Of a stretch of 64,000 nucleotides of DNA, positions 11,494 through 23,662 are shown piece after piece. Both the position numbers and the translations under genes were made by a program. Each line of letters starts with the position of its first letter. Within the stretch, counting starts at the first letter, position 1. The notes below the pieces were generated by a model. The model was not told where the DNA came from. It saw nothing but the letters and a program-made list of their open reading frames with translations, and searched no databases. Source of the stretch: Ramazzottius varieornatus (lineage: Eukaryota > Animalia > Tardigrada); NCBI GenBank assembly GCA_001949185.1, contig BDGG01000007.1, positions 817,971-881,970 of the forward strand. Direction: 5' to 3'.

Positions 11494-14400
11494 CTATATG
11501 TCATCTTCATTTCTCGTGTGAATCCTTGCTCTGATGAATAGTACAGAGACATTTTCGAAAGACATTGTGGAGGAGGCGTTTCGCCTTCCCCAGCGATTTC
11601 GCCCACAAGGTTGCTTGGGATGAATATCGGAAATTTCAATGACAATATGCAGCCATGTCTGGTCTAAGGTCCTGAAAACAAGCGACAAAATGTCTAAGAT
11701 GCGAAATCAGAGCAGAATGTGGTCACGGATTTAAGGCTGCTTTTACCTCCTGGCTTCTCGTCGTTGGTGTACAATACCCAGGACAATGACGAAGATCAGT
11801 AATGTGGACATTGCTATCATTGATGACCCAATCCGGTCGGCTCTTGCCGTGCGTGCTTGACAGATTTGACGCGCTCCTGTAAGCCCACAGAAAGGTTCGT
11901 CGGGCGGTGGAGTATTCTGGGCATTGCTCCAGTCGATGGTAGTACTGTTCTGGAAACGGACCAGCCTAGTCCTCGCATCATAGTGCAGAGCATTCTGTTA
12001 GGAGTTAAGAAAGTAAAAACGCACGTATGTTGAGCCAGAGTATTTACTGGAGAAGTAAATAAGTACAAACCGTTGTCCAGTCTCCTGTCTGGGGATCGAA
12101 GTCTTTGATGCAGAAGTCGACTAGCCTCCGGTTGTACTCGTCCGTGTTCCAAACCAGTTCCTCCGTGACGAAAGATCGGTTGCGGAACAGATCAGACACG
12201 GCGCGCCCGTTGCTCACATCCATACCGGTCTGCAATGCCTGATTTAAGACCTTGCCTCCGACTTTCATCATTTCGTACATGAGGAAGGCATTCGTAGGCT
12301 GCTCAGGAACAAAATCATGCGTTATTACACTCTGACCTTTTCTTAGTAAACTCTTCGACAACATTAGTCCAAGTACCTCTTCGGCCTCCCAGTAAATGCC
12401 ACCATACTTTTGAATGCTTTCATTTTTCAGCGCTTGCATCACTGTACTGTTGCGAAACCGTTCAGTCTGGCAGGTTGAAGTGATGTATAGTAAGGACCGG
12501 AAAGCTTCTCTCACAACCTGTGGAAAACGCTCATGAATGATTTCTGCCCATTGTCCAGGAATATTGACGCCAAGAAAAACGGCGTTGGTTGCTTGGGGGG
12601 GGGGGGGTTGTTCTCATTTCCGAGTTCGGACAGATCACCCGCAGCAACGACTAAGCAAGGTCAGCCATGTGAGTGCATAGCTTTGTATTGACATAATTTG
12701 ACAAATTACATATATCATGATTACGGTCTTAAGGCTGCAGATATGAATAGGCTCTTGTGAAAATTTTAAGGCGGTCCAAGTATCGGAAACCTTGGAACAT
12801 TACACCCCGCTTCTGTCGGAACAAGGCAGCTCCAAGCGCGCTCTAAGCCCAAGCTACTATGTATTAAAATTAGGTTTCAGATGCCACCCTCATTGCCTGA
12901 GGTCCTGGGGTTTTCTTTGCCTGGGGTCCTTCGCGGCATTAGAGTAAGCGCCAACCATTCGTGTCAACTAACCAAGTCATCCGTCTTGTTTTGCATCCAG
13001 GCCAGTCGTCCATAACGTCTTTCGTTGAAGAATGGATGAATAGTTAAATACACCTGAAGAAGCAACTTAATAACTAAACCAGTAAACATATGGAGAACTA
13101 ATAACACCGAGTAATGTTCAAACGAATGGCTATCGCATGCTTACGTATTCTCCGTTGGTCATAGACGCTTGCGACGCTTTGCTCTGCATAATCGAAAACG
13201 AATCTGATATTCGCGTTAAATAAGCCGGCGCAGACCATGTACCGCCAAACTTACAAGAAAGTCTCGGACCGATTTACTGTGCATCAGGAGAAATACAACT
13301 GCAATCAGTCAAGTATGATAGAATTAAATTTAGAATTAAACTAACTCCTCCGCACGTTTTGCTTCTACGATACTTCTGTCCTTCTACATCGGGAATATCA
13401 TTATATAGTTCTCCAACATCGTGTTGAGTGCAGTTTTTCGAAGGTGAGGGTGGAATCTCGATCGGTGGAGGTGTTGTGATTTGCAGGTCGAGTACTGCTC
13501 AATCAATCAACCGTACGAAATGACTCCTGTGGAAATCGCTGATTGGTGCACGTCTGTTGGAGACTTCTTCAAGACTGTCCAGACGAAAGTGTTTGCGAAA
13601 GATACGGCCAAGGTGAAGGAGGATATCCTGCTGCTGAGCTCCGGATTGCTTAAGGTGCAAGGATCGATTTTACGAATGCTGGCGGAGAAGATCGAACAGC
13701 TACCAGCACAGATTGAGGACGGCATTCGTAACGCTACAAAGCAAGCTGCACAAGAAGCACAGTCAACCTTCCGTACAACTGCTGTCAAAAACATGTTTGC
13801 TGACATGGTCAAACGAAACCCAAACGTCCTGATCCTGAAGCCTGTCGACGGGGAAGAGCAGAATGGCCACCGGAAGTCAAACCGTGAGCTCACTGAACTG
13901 GGCAGTAAAGTGAAGACAGCTTTGGGGCTTGAAAGTAATCAAGTCGAGCTAGGAGGAATTAGAACGACTGCGAACAACGGTGCTGTTTACGAATTTGCGA
14001 CCAGAGAAGATCGTGATAAGGCCAAGACTGCCCTTGAGAATTGTTCTGCTACGACGAAGTACACGGTAAGCCGTCCTCGAAAGCCTCAAGTGGTGGTTAA
14101 ATTTGTTCCGCCTGATGTGACGGAAACAGAGCTGCTGACCGCGGTCTCTGATTGTCCTGGAGTGGAGTCGGATGAATGTAGAAATGACGAGCAGTAGCCC
14201 TACAGCTTCATCGGTATGGTACGAATGAAGAAATGACGAGCTTCAGTACGGATCCGAAGGAAGTTGTGAAGCTGAAACGGAAGAGAAATATCGCGTCCGA
14301 CAATTTCAAACGATGCACGATGCCACCACTGAAACAAGCTCTTCGATTGATCTGGAAAGACAGCTCGCGGAAACTCGAGATTGCTATTGAGAAGGTCGAA

Positions 14401-17400
14401 ACCAGAAACTTGCTGGAAGTTGCAACCGCCTCTCGTCGTGACAGCGAGAAATTCTGGAACCACGTTCGCTCAAGTGTTGACAAGAAGCTCCTACCACCGA
14501 TCTCTGATATCAATGGTAACCTCCACTACGACGACGCGCAGCGTGCAGAACTTTTCAATTCTGCCTTCATCAACGTCATGTTGCCCTGCATTGGCCACTG
14601 TGCACAACGGCCAGCGATGCTGTCCTACAGCGACTCTGACGCAGTGTGGCCATCCATCACTGAAGATGAGGTCCTACAAGCAGTCAACAGCTTGGATTCG
14701 AAGAAGTCGAATGGACCCTTCAAACTTACTGTGGCTTTGCTGCACCGCACAGGTAATGCACTCTTGCCGTCACTTACAAAACTATTTAACCTCTGTTGTA
14801 GCGCCGGATATTTTCCCGACTGCTGGAAAACCCAGTATGTCAGCCCCATTCCGAAGACCACTAAAGACCCAACGTCAGCTTCTTCATGGCGACGCATTTC
14901 CATGTTGCACCCTCTTTCCAAATGTTTTGAAAAAATAATCGCTAAGCGATTGCGAAACTTTTTGGAAGATAGAAACGTATTTGGCACTAGTCAGTTCAAA
15001 TTTCGAGAGAGCCATTCAACAGAGCTAGCAAGTTTGCCGATTAGTCAGTACTGGGCAGATGTGTTACACAGTAAAGGGGAAATCGATGCGGTGTTTCTTG
15101 ATTGCACAAAGGCTTTTGATCGTGTCGATCACAAAGTGATTCTGCAGAAACTTGAGCGACTTCAGGTCCCTCTACAGTACAGAAGATTACTCGACAGCTA
15201 TCTCTCGAACCGAAAACAGGTGGTAGTTGTGAATGGTAAGTCGTCGGGTTATCTGCCAGTTACTAGTGGAGTACCTCAGGGTCCAATTTTGTTCATTGCT
15301 CTGATGTCGGACATAAATGCCGTTGTATCACCTGGCACCTGTCTTAGTCTGTTCGCAGACGATATTCTAGTATCCCGTCCTCAAGAAACTGCCGTTGACT
15401 GCGTTACTCTCCAAACAGATCTGAACAGCATCTCCGCCTGGGGCAGATCCAATCAGCTCACCTTCAACCCCACAAAGTCCTCTCACCTTCGCCTAAGCCG
15501 ATGAAGAAGTCCAGGAAGCGCTGGATACTAACTGGACGGAGTCGTCGTGCCTAGTGTATCCACCGTCAAGTACTTGGGTCTTCACATTGATGGCCGACTA
15601 AACTGGACAGCACACTGGTCTGCAAAATGTGCAACAGCTCGAAAACGCATCCGTTACCTGAATTCTATATTTAAGTACCGTAACTCGGCGGCTCGTATCA
15701 AGCTTTTCGATGCTCTGGTGCAGTCTCTTTTCGACTACTGTCCATCTGTGGTGTGGTCGCTACTGGTAGGTACCGTCAGAGAGATCGAAAAATGCGCCGG
15801 TAAGTTTCTCCGCACCGTTCGCCTTGGTGACAGTTCTAGCTGGTTAGACCATGAGCGCTACCAGCATAACGCTTCCGAAGTTGGGTGGAATAGTCAGCTG
15901 ATTCGTCGGGTGAACCTTTCTTTATTACTTGTATATAAATTTGTTGTTGGCTCTGTGCCGTTGGGCTTTTGTCTATTTCAGCCATGAGGAATACGGGAAG
16001 AAGATGGTCCCTCGACCTCGACGCGAAGTTTGGACCGAATACGTTCTCATCCCTGTCCCATCCAACCCACTGGGTCTTTTCTGAATGGTCGCAAGATACC
16101 CACCAGTCCTGATTCCTTCGTCGGGATCATACGCAACTTGTGGAATGCACTAGATTTTCCAGCTGCTGCCTTTGAGAATAAATGGAACTTTTACCTTGCT
16201 TTGAAATCTGTTGACTGGAAGCCCTTTTCGCTACTGAATCGTCTGTTTCCCTCAGAACTACTATTTTGATCTGCCTCGAGATCTCGAAAGGGTGGTCAAG
16301 ACAAATCTTATGGGAAAGTGGTATACGGAACCCTCCTGCGACAGTCACACTAATGTTGACCTAGCGATGGTTGATTGTAGACGGAACCACGGACCGGGGA
16401 AAACTCCTTAGTGAGTGGATCCGGTCGCCCACAGTTTCCGCAGCCCTGTTGGCAAAATGCGAACCGCAAATTGTCCTCTGACAAAGAAATATGGCAAAAT
16501 CAACATCCGCCAGAATGGCAAAATCACCAACCGCCAGCCCTAAAGTTTTTGAAGTCATTCTGACTGTTGAGGAATTTTACTCGAATCATCTACGATGTGA
16601 GACGTCTTGTGGCCTTGATGGGACTTGTTCCCGTGCTGTGGGACTTTAAACAATAAACCTAAACCTAAACCTAAATGATAGCATTCTGCAACACACAATG
16701 AATGTTCAGAATTAGTGGCCATACTTCGAGCACTAGCCTTGACTTGGGGCAGCAAATCTTGGCCTCGATCGGTGAAGTTCCGTGGTAGAAGGAATGTCGT
16801 GATAGCCAGCTTATCGTGTATATTTTCGTTCAGCGAACCCAGCACCTCGGCCAAAGTCCTGAACATTGAGTCATCGTCTCGGACGATCGCGATCGTTGTC
16901 CAGGAGAAGTACTTGAGCACTTGTCGCAGCATTCCGTGTATTTGCGGAAAGTCGATGACTGTCGAGGAGATTTGATTGCGGAAAACGTCCAGGGATTGCA
17001 ACGGGTTTGGTGTTACCATTCCTACACTAAAGCCACGCAACCGGAAGGATAATACAATAGGAAACTTAATTGTCAATGCTCCAGGCCTAGAATTTGTATA
17101 AACTCATACCTGCTGAGAACGAGCGTATTCCATTCTACGAAATTTGTTCATTATAACTTCGACGTAGATTATCACTAGAAAATTACTGAAAAAGTTACCT
17201 GAGCTCATCGCGGAGAGCTCGTAAATTTCAGAGCATCCGCTATGAAGTAGCAGAAAGACCGATCCATCTTTCGGGCGGCTGTAGTAGTACTGAGGCACCA
17301 AGTCCAAATACTGTTCCAGTTCGTCGCAGTTTCGGGAATTGTTCGACTTTGCATCAGTCAAAATGGTAGTGGTCGTACTGAAGAAATACTGAGACGAGAT

Positions 17401-17580
17401 ACTGTCCAAACCGGCAAGGTATCCGGGAAGCGTATATGGAAGTGCACTCAGAACATAAGGCTTGCTCAAGCCAAAGACTGTCACTGTCACGTTGAGCCGA
17501 GGTCGCAAACTCACCGCCTTGATACTAACGAAAGCCATCAAGGGAATAATCCACTTCCAGTTCTGCCGCGAAGAACCCAT
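11494..17580 (-). CDS. Natriuretic-peptide-receptor / receptor-guanylate-cyclase-like ectodomain protein (ANF_receptor + TM, short tail, no kinase or cyclase domain)
   Basis: Exons join in phase across the LINE: ...VKASAR|IVFLLMHSKSVRDFL (13255-13298)|SKASQASMTNGEY (13145-13183)|VYLTIHPFF..W..DDL (12973-13053)|VVREAFRSLL...|...PPPDEPFCG, TM, then a short tail ending at 11494. Confidence 0.8.
13481..14197 (+). pseudogene. LINE ORF1 (gag-like: coiled coil plus RRM-like region), 3'-truncated
   Basis: Lies upstream of the RT inside the element; VVVKFVPPDVTETELL is typical of ORF1 proteins. Confidence 0.6.
14233..16269 (+). pseudogene. LINE ORF2 reverse transcriptase, no endonuclease domain, interrupted by stops
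   Basis: Motifs FPDCWK..PIPK, FLDCTKAFDRV, GVPQG-PILF (S-x-L-G missing), LFADD, KYLG. In-frame stops at 15502, 15529 and 15985. Confidence 0.92.
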
Positions 17581-19734
17581 GGCGTCGAATGTTCTGCAAC
17601 GATTTAATGTTTAGGACATATGAGAACGAGTATTTAAAACTGTAAACGCTCAACGGAGTCAAATCGAATAGAACTACGTGAAACACCCTCCTGAACAAAA
17701 TCCCGCTCGGCTCCGAGATTCCCCATGAGAAACAACGTCCAGACAAAGCAGGAACGGACAAAAAGAAGATTCATCCCCCGCCCCCCGCTCCCCATCTTTC
17801 CACCTCTTGTTTTCAGCCTGGGCCGAGGATTAAATGTGGGTTATTCCTGAGCTATCAAGCAACAGACCACTTGACATACTTTGCGAGCTATGTTCGTCCT
17901 TTGTCCTCGCTGAGCATAAGCAGAAGAAAACGTATGAATGTTTGAGAGGATGGTAGTGCCAACGTCGCACGTAACAGACAAACGTCCTCGTTATGGTAGC
18001 ACGCAAGCGTCATTTTCATCTGCGTAACCGAGTAGGGAACAACGTTTAGAATTTAACCTTTTCTTTGAAACTGTAGACGGCACACTGATCTCGTTTCCGG
18101 CAACAAACACAATAATGGGATTAAAACTTCCTTGGAAGGTTTCCGGTTTCGTCGAATCCCTAGTCGAGACGGTCTGTGTACGCTTGCCAGTGTCGTCTAA
18201 TAGTTCTTAGCAGAATAATTTGAGTGACATATGGGTTTCGCCGGCCCAGTTTCCACAACATTATTTTTGCTACCAAATGGCTATCTTCATATGAGAATGC
18301 GTCCAAAGCATTTCCGGTTGCAATTGGCTTTTTATGACGTCAAGTTCTTTGGAATATTGAACCGTACCATAGGTTCAATTTGCCGCACTTTGCTGCGGTG
18401 ATGAAACCAGAACGAACGGTTGAAAGATTCGAGCTAATAAATCAGAAACCACAGGGGTGTTGAGGGGCAATCTTAGTGTCGGCAACGCACTCCAGCCGGA
18501 GACGCGCATCAGCGACTAGGTCCGATGCATGTTGTCCGACTAAAGCTAGTGTTTGATTAACTGATTAAACACAGCTGCGCACATCGTATTTGACCATTGC
18601 GCGTGCCGATTCATGCACCACACAATCTTCCCGCTCTTTTGGGTTGGCGCTTGTGACTTTCTGATCTGTGGTAGGAACTTGATTCTGACTTCACGTGTTT
18701 CTGGGGATCTGTTTGATGTAGGCGTAAGTCTTATTACAGTGAGACTCTAGGGTCCAGAAATTCTAAAACGTTCTCCTGAACAATTTGGTCAGACACACTT
18801 TGGACGCATTCTCATATGGAGATACCAAAATAATCCTCTTTTGACATGGCGTGATGACATAGATGGCAGAACTATCGAGGGAATACAGTACACGAAGAGA
18901 ACCCCGGAATAGGGAGGCCAAAACTCTGTCGTACCCATCTCCTCCTATATGGAACTGGTCTGGGCAGACGATGGATCGAAGTAGAAAATACGCGGAGGTA
19001 GGGAATGGGGTGACACACCCAGTATTAGTGTACAGTAAGAACATCTGGTTCCCATCGATGAGGCACTGCTTTTACTTGGTTCGGCAAAACGAATTCCCCC
19101 TCTCCACCAATTAAAGTCGCCAGATGTGGTGAGTGACTCCAAAAGAACAAATTTACTCTGCCAGGGATGCCAACGGCAATTTTTTCTTGGAGGTAGGTAC
19201 CGGTCCTACTACTGTAGCTTTCCGTGGCGGACCCAACTTAAGGGCAGAGGTCCTACCGACCAGTCTTTTGCGCCTAATTGTTCCAGTCTCTCTCTCATAT
19301 CCTTTCAGATTCGTCTTCAACGGATTGGTCATTTAATTTCTAATTTGTCTTAAAGAAGTCATCGGAGTCGCTCTCATAACCCAAGACTGATTGATCACTG
19401 TCGAGAAGATTTGGGACTCGTTATGAGATTCACCAATCGAAAATTCTAATCCTTTCAAAATGTGGCAGATGCCAAGTAAAGCGTGTACAGACTTAATTTC
19501 CGGTTGTTGTCGTGATACTTAAAAGTAGCTTCTAGCAGCTCTCCTCCAACATCCTGAGAGGAATCACGCTGTAATCTAAATTTTCAGTAATGATGTTGGT
19601 CAGTTATACAGCGCTACCTTGAAGCGCAATGCCGGTACAGGAGAACGATCGGTGTTATCAAAGGAAAAGTGCTGAAACGGTTACGAAACAGGGCCATACC
19701 CGATCTGATGGACACTGAGACCCACAGGACGTAG

Positions 19735-19850
19735 TGCTGCCCTTTCGTTTCTGAATCAAAGTCTTTGACGCAAAAGTCCACAAGCCTTCTGTTATAGCTA
19801 TAGGTTTCCATTTCATCTCCTCTGTGACGAAAGATCGGTAACCATGACAT
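19735..19850 (-). pseudogene. Orphan fragment paralogous to the ANF-receptor-like gene
   Basis: YNRRLVDFCVKDFD here versus YNRRLVDFCIKDFD at ~12100-12140; no coherent flanking exons seen. Confidence 0.6.
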
Positions 19851-20113
19851 AAACGTTACTACAGTGCGATGCTGAAGTCGACGCAGTAACCAACTCGAGT
19901 AATTCACGCGACATGCAAAAAGCTGGAAAAATTACAGTCGTAATGTCGTTACACGCCTATAACTACGCCGTCGGAGTATCGGTCTCGGCAGTGAGCTGCC
20001 CTGTCTAATGTTTGCAAACCACTCAGTAAATAAAATAGCAGAAAAGTACAAAATGGAAGAAAGCAAACTCAACTAAGAGTAGATCCAGAGCTGATAATTT
20101 CAACGAACGGAGC

Positions 20114-20710
20114 TTATTTTCTGCCGTTGGGAGGTGGGCAGGCAGTTGCGCAGGTCAACGTAGGGGATGGAGTTCCGACACCGGTGTACGTGCATCCTCG
20201 TGGAGGACCGTTCACTTTGTTGGTGCACAAGCACTGATCAATGATGGTGCCGGCTGTTGGGTCGCAAGCTTCAGTGGGTTGTGGTGCGCAAGTGATGCCG
20301 CAAATTGGTGGGCTACGCTGACCAGCGCCGTTGAAGGAGCAGCGAGGTGGGAGGGTTGCAAAGTCGGGACCAGCGATACAGGCAGCGATCTGGGCAACGA
20401 TGGTCGCTGGAGGAATCGTCGTTGTGGTGGTCCGTGCCGTCGTGGTGGTGGTCCGTACCGTCGTGGTGGTGGTTGCTGGTGCAGCGGTGGTAGTCCGGGC
20501 GGTCGGAGTCCCGGTTCCTCCTCCAACAGTGGTTGGCGCTGTGGAATACGTGGGGTATCCTCCGGTGGCCATGGTAGAATTGAGCGGCATTTGGTAGTAG
20601 CCTCCGTGGCCAGCGTTACCGGACTGACCCGACATCCCGTAATTACCCTGGCCTTCCGCAAAGTGGAGACTTGCCACAAGGGCGAGAATTGCAGAGAAAA
20701 TCATGGCCAT
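20114..20710 (-). CDS. Secreted protein: signal peptide, Gly/Tyr segment, Thr-rich linker, two Cys-rich repeats
   Basis: Single ORF of 198 aa; MAMIFSAILALVASLHFAEG signal; repeats PPRCSFNG..CGITCAP and PPRGCTYTG..CATACPP. Confidence 0.8.
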   Translation of the reverse strand: MAMIFSAILALVASLHFAEGQGNYGMSGQSGNAGHGGYYQMPLNSTMATGGYPTYSTAPTTVGGGTGTPTARTTTAAPATTTTTVRTTTTTARTTTTTIPPATIVAQIAACIAGPDFATLPPRCSFNGAGQRSPPICGITCAPQPTEACDPTAGTIIDQCLCTNKVNGPPRGCTYTGVGTPSPTLTCATACPPPNGRK

Positions 20711-21665
20711 TTTGAGCTCGAGTTCCTTGATAGACCCAGCAGCCAGAAATTCGAAAGTGGCTTACAGATATAGGCAAAGACCTAGCGATTTGAAATACTG
20801 CAAGGTTTGCGTTTTATAGCTTCTTCGGATAGTATCGAGTTAGGTTACAGAAGCAAGGAAGGTTACGCGTAGGGTGGTCAATCATAACACGTTATAACTT
20901 TTAGTCTATCTGTTGCTCTTTGTTTCTGCCTAAAAGCAGCTGATGCCAGCTCACCTTTTACGATCCTTTCTTTGTGGCGCACTGCTTCGATGTCTTAGAT
21001 CTGACGTTGTCTTGCATCACTTCTGCCTTTCTTTTGATCCATCTGACAAACGGTTGCAATACTAAAAAGTTTAGGTAATGATTGACGGATCTGTACATTC
21101 TGTATCTATAACTTCATGTGTACAGGTGTGGTAAAAGTAGCCGCTGACTTAGCGGTAACACCCATCGCCGCCAATTGTCCATAGTGCAAGATAGCACCTG
21201 CATGATGGAAAAGATGAGGTGTAGCGGTAACAATCGCCGTGGGCTGTTCCTTTGCACTTTCCGATTATTCTGTGTGAGCAGCGTTTATAACCAATGTCTG
21301 CGGTTTTGCAAAATTCGTAACAACGCAGACGGCTCGAGACTAATACAATGGTTACATCGGTATAGCAGTGTTGCGAAGAACTGCTCGTGTGGACGCCTTG
21401 GAAAAAACGGTTGTTCATTTTTGCTGCTTTATTCCTTACGGCGTTCTTCCATCTCAGTAGCCTTGTATTGTACTTATGTCGTGGACAACAAGTACCCTGT
21501 GCGGGAGAGTACAACTTCGCGCACTTTCCTGGTACGTCGCAGACTTCGAACCAAAACGCGCACCGCGTGGTTTCGGACAGCCCAAAATAATGAAGCGAGA
21601 TCACGGTCTGCAAAACAACGCCAGCAAAACTAGCAGTATCGAACGTGCACTCGTTCAAGTGGCGT

Positions 21666-22988
21666 CTAACGTCTTTTTTTGCTGCTTTTTCGACCACTTC
21701 CCCGACTGGTACTTCTTTTTGGACTTTTCTTCCCACTCCCTCCACCCTTCGCTTTTCCTTTACTCTGTAATCAACAGGGAATTTGGATGATGTTAGAAAG
21801 CTAGATTATCGGTAACACTGATTTTTTCGAACCGGTCATACTTGCAGTCCGTCACTTACGCTGACTTACAGTGCTGCGACGCCGCCCGGAGCCGCGAGAA
21901 CCCCCTTTAGAGCCTCGCGACCCACTCCGGCGTCCACGTCGGCCTTTTCCGTCCTTGTACTCTTCGTGCAGCTGATCGGCGGAATCTCCAGAGATGTGGG
22001 CCGGATTCTAAAGTTAAATGAGACTGTTTAGTATCCTCGTAGAAGCTAATGGCAGAAAATTTACTCACCGTGTAATCGGTGCTGGGTACGTGACCGTGCG
22101 CCTTGGCAGGAGTTTCGTGGTCATCGGTCAGAGCCTGGGTGCCAAAGAACTTCAAGGGGAAATCGGTGTGGTGTCTGTGCAAGTAGTGTTTGATATCCTC
22201 CCAGTACACAGCCAGCTGCGAAACGAGGTACACCGCCAGGATATTGATCACCAGCGTAAGGCTCGGCATGGGGGAAAATTTGGTGTGCAGAAGAACCATG
22301 GCGGGAACGGCGGCGATTGAAAGAGACTGAACGGTATGGTTTACCATCATTTGTCCGGATTTCGTCGCCCACAAAACCGCGCCAGCCCTGTGTAGAAGAA
22401 AAGATGTATTTCGATCATAACGCAAAATTCTGAAGACGTTCGGACGGTCGAGGTTTGAAAATTATATACGAGCTTTGTTGAAAAACTCGATCAAATCGTT
22501 TCCTTTGGGTGGCGCACAGTTCCATTAGTATTGGCTAGAAGTTTGCTCGGGAAGACGATTTGGTCGAGTTTCTTTGCCGAGCTCTTATATTATGACAATT
22601 TTGAACATCAGTAGAACAGAAAACATAGCGTCTCGAACAAAATCAGCTCCTTCGGTTTTTCTTACACCATGCTAGCGGGAGTCATCCACATGGCCGCCGC
22701 TTTCGGTAAAGCTTTGCGATTGAATGCCAGCTGGAAGATCATGTCATTGGCTAGTGCGCCTAAGATGACCGTCTGGACAACGAACAAGCCTTTGAGCATC
22801 AGCATTCGAAGAGCCGACTGGTTAACGCTTGGATGGTCGAACAGCTTTTGCCAGCAATAACGTGCAGCCGGAAGGGTCAGGCAGAGCGAGAGGAATGCGT
22901 ACATGGCCACATTGGGCAGCTGCATGTTGAGTTCGGCCAACAGCGACGACCCAGGTGGCCGATCAACATCGATCGGCTTGGCCGGCAT
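21666..22988 (-). CDS. Four-exon multi-pass membrane protein with a strongly basic Gly/Ser/Arg/Lys C-terminal tail
   Basis: Phase-consistent exons 22988-22666, 22429-22069, 22007-21870 and 21764-21666. Several hydrophobic helices, then ...KGRRGRRSGSRGSKGGSRGSGRRRST|SKGKAKGGGSGKKSPKRSTSRGSGRKSSKKRR*. Confidence 0.65.
22471..22583. repeat. Family A palindromic element (outer arms intact, inner right arm eroded), intronic
   Basis: AGCT..AAACTCGATCAAATCG..GTGGCGCAC ... CGATTTGGTCGAGTTT..AGCT. Confidence 0.7.
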
Positions 22989-23339
22989 GATCCAGGCAAG
23001 TAGCGCAACCCAATTATCGCAAAGTTTAGTAGCTAGAAATACAACAGACAAGAACGGCAGATAATATAGTACAATCCTACGTTTACTGGCTAACGATTTA
23101 CGGAAGGTAGTGATGAAAGCTAGCTTGCTGTGAAAGAGATGCTGTTTGATCGAGAACCTTAGCAACTTCCCGTTTCCGCTTCTTGCCTGGAACGAGGTAG
23201 AAAACGATAGTGTGGAGGGTTATTCTGGCACTAAACCAGCCATCTGGAAACATGACGGACATAGAGGCTGTCTCAGCCCCCGCTGTCAGTGAAACATCGC
23301 TGAAAGCATCTCGTAGCTAGGTCGGCAAACGAAACGTTC

Positions 23340-23410
23340 AAGATTTCCGTCCCGAGCGGCGCACCCTTCCACTGCTTCTGGCTTGACGAGTGCGCCACAG
23401 AAGATGGCTG
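23340..23410. repeat. Family A palindromic element
   Basis: GCGGCGC(23356)-29 nt-GCGCCAC. Confidence 0.7.
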
Positions 23411-23662
23411 TCTTACGCGTTTCGCCTGCCGTCCTCCCACCTGAACTCTGAAACAACCCGGGCTTTTGATCGTCTCTGGTAATCCGTATATCTAGGTGCC
23501 CACCGTTTCAAAAACTGACGGAAAGAAGTAAACAGATCGTGACGTTTAACAGTGAAACAACCAACAAGCCGAACAAATAACATTTAGGTACCAATAATAA
23601 ATTTTGAGCGGTCAAACAAGATCGTCTTTGCAATAAGTTGAAATTAATCTTTTGGTTTCCGA

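Larger units (their letters stand above)
13322..16674 (+). mobile_element. Decayed non-LTR retrotransposon (LINE, CR1/L2/Jockey-like) inserted antisense in an intron
   Basis: Direct repeat ATGATAG at 13315-13321 and 16675-16681 (TSD). ORF1 and RT present. 3' end AATAAA followed by (CCTAAA)3 at 16652-16675. Confidence 0.9.

Noticed and set aside
16652-16675. (CCTAAA)3 as an interstitial telomere
   Set aside because: It follows AATAAA and abuts the TSD, so it is better explained as the LINE 3' tail.
18763-19353. Cluster of short ORFs on both strands
   Set aside because: Could be a decayed gene, but I could not recognise a family or build consistent splicing.
20974-21020. Possible extra family A unit (GTGGCGC-33-GCATCAC)
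   Set aside because: Spacer too long and right arm degenerate; not counted.
21149-21745. 198-aa minus-strand ORF and overlapping plus-strand ORFs as genes
   Set aside because: Non-ATG starts and no recognisable motifs; the region is better explained as the last exon and 3' flank of the basic-tail gene in another frame.
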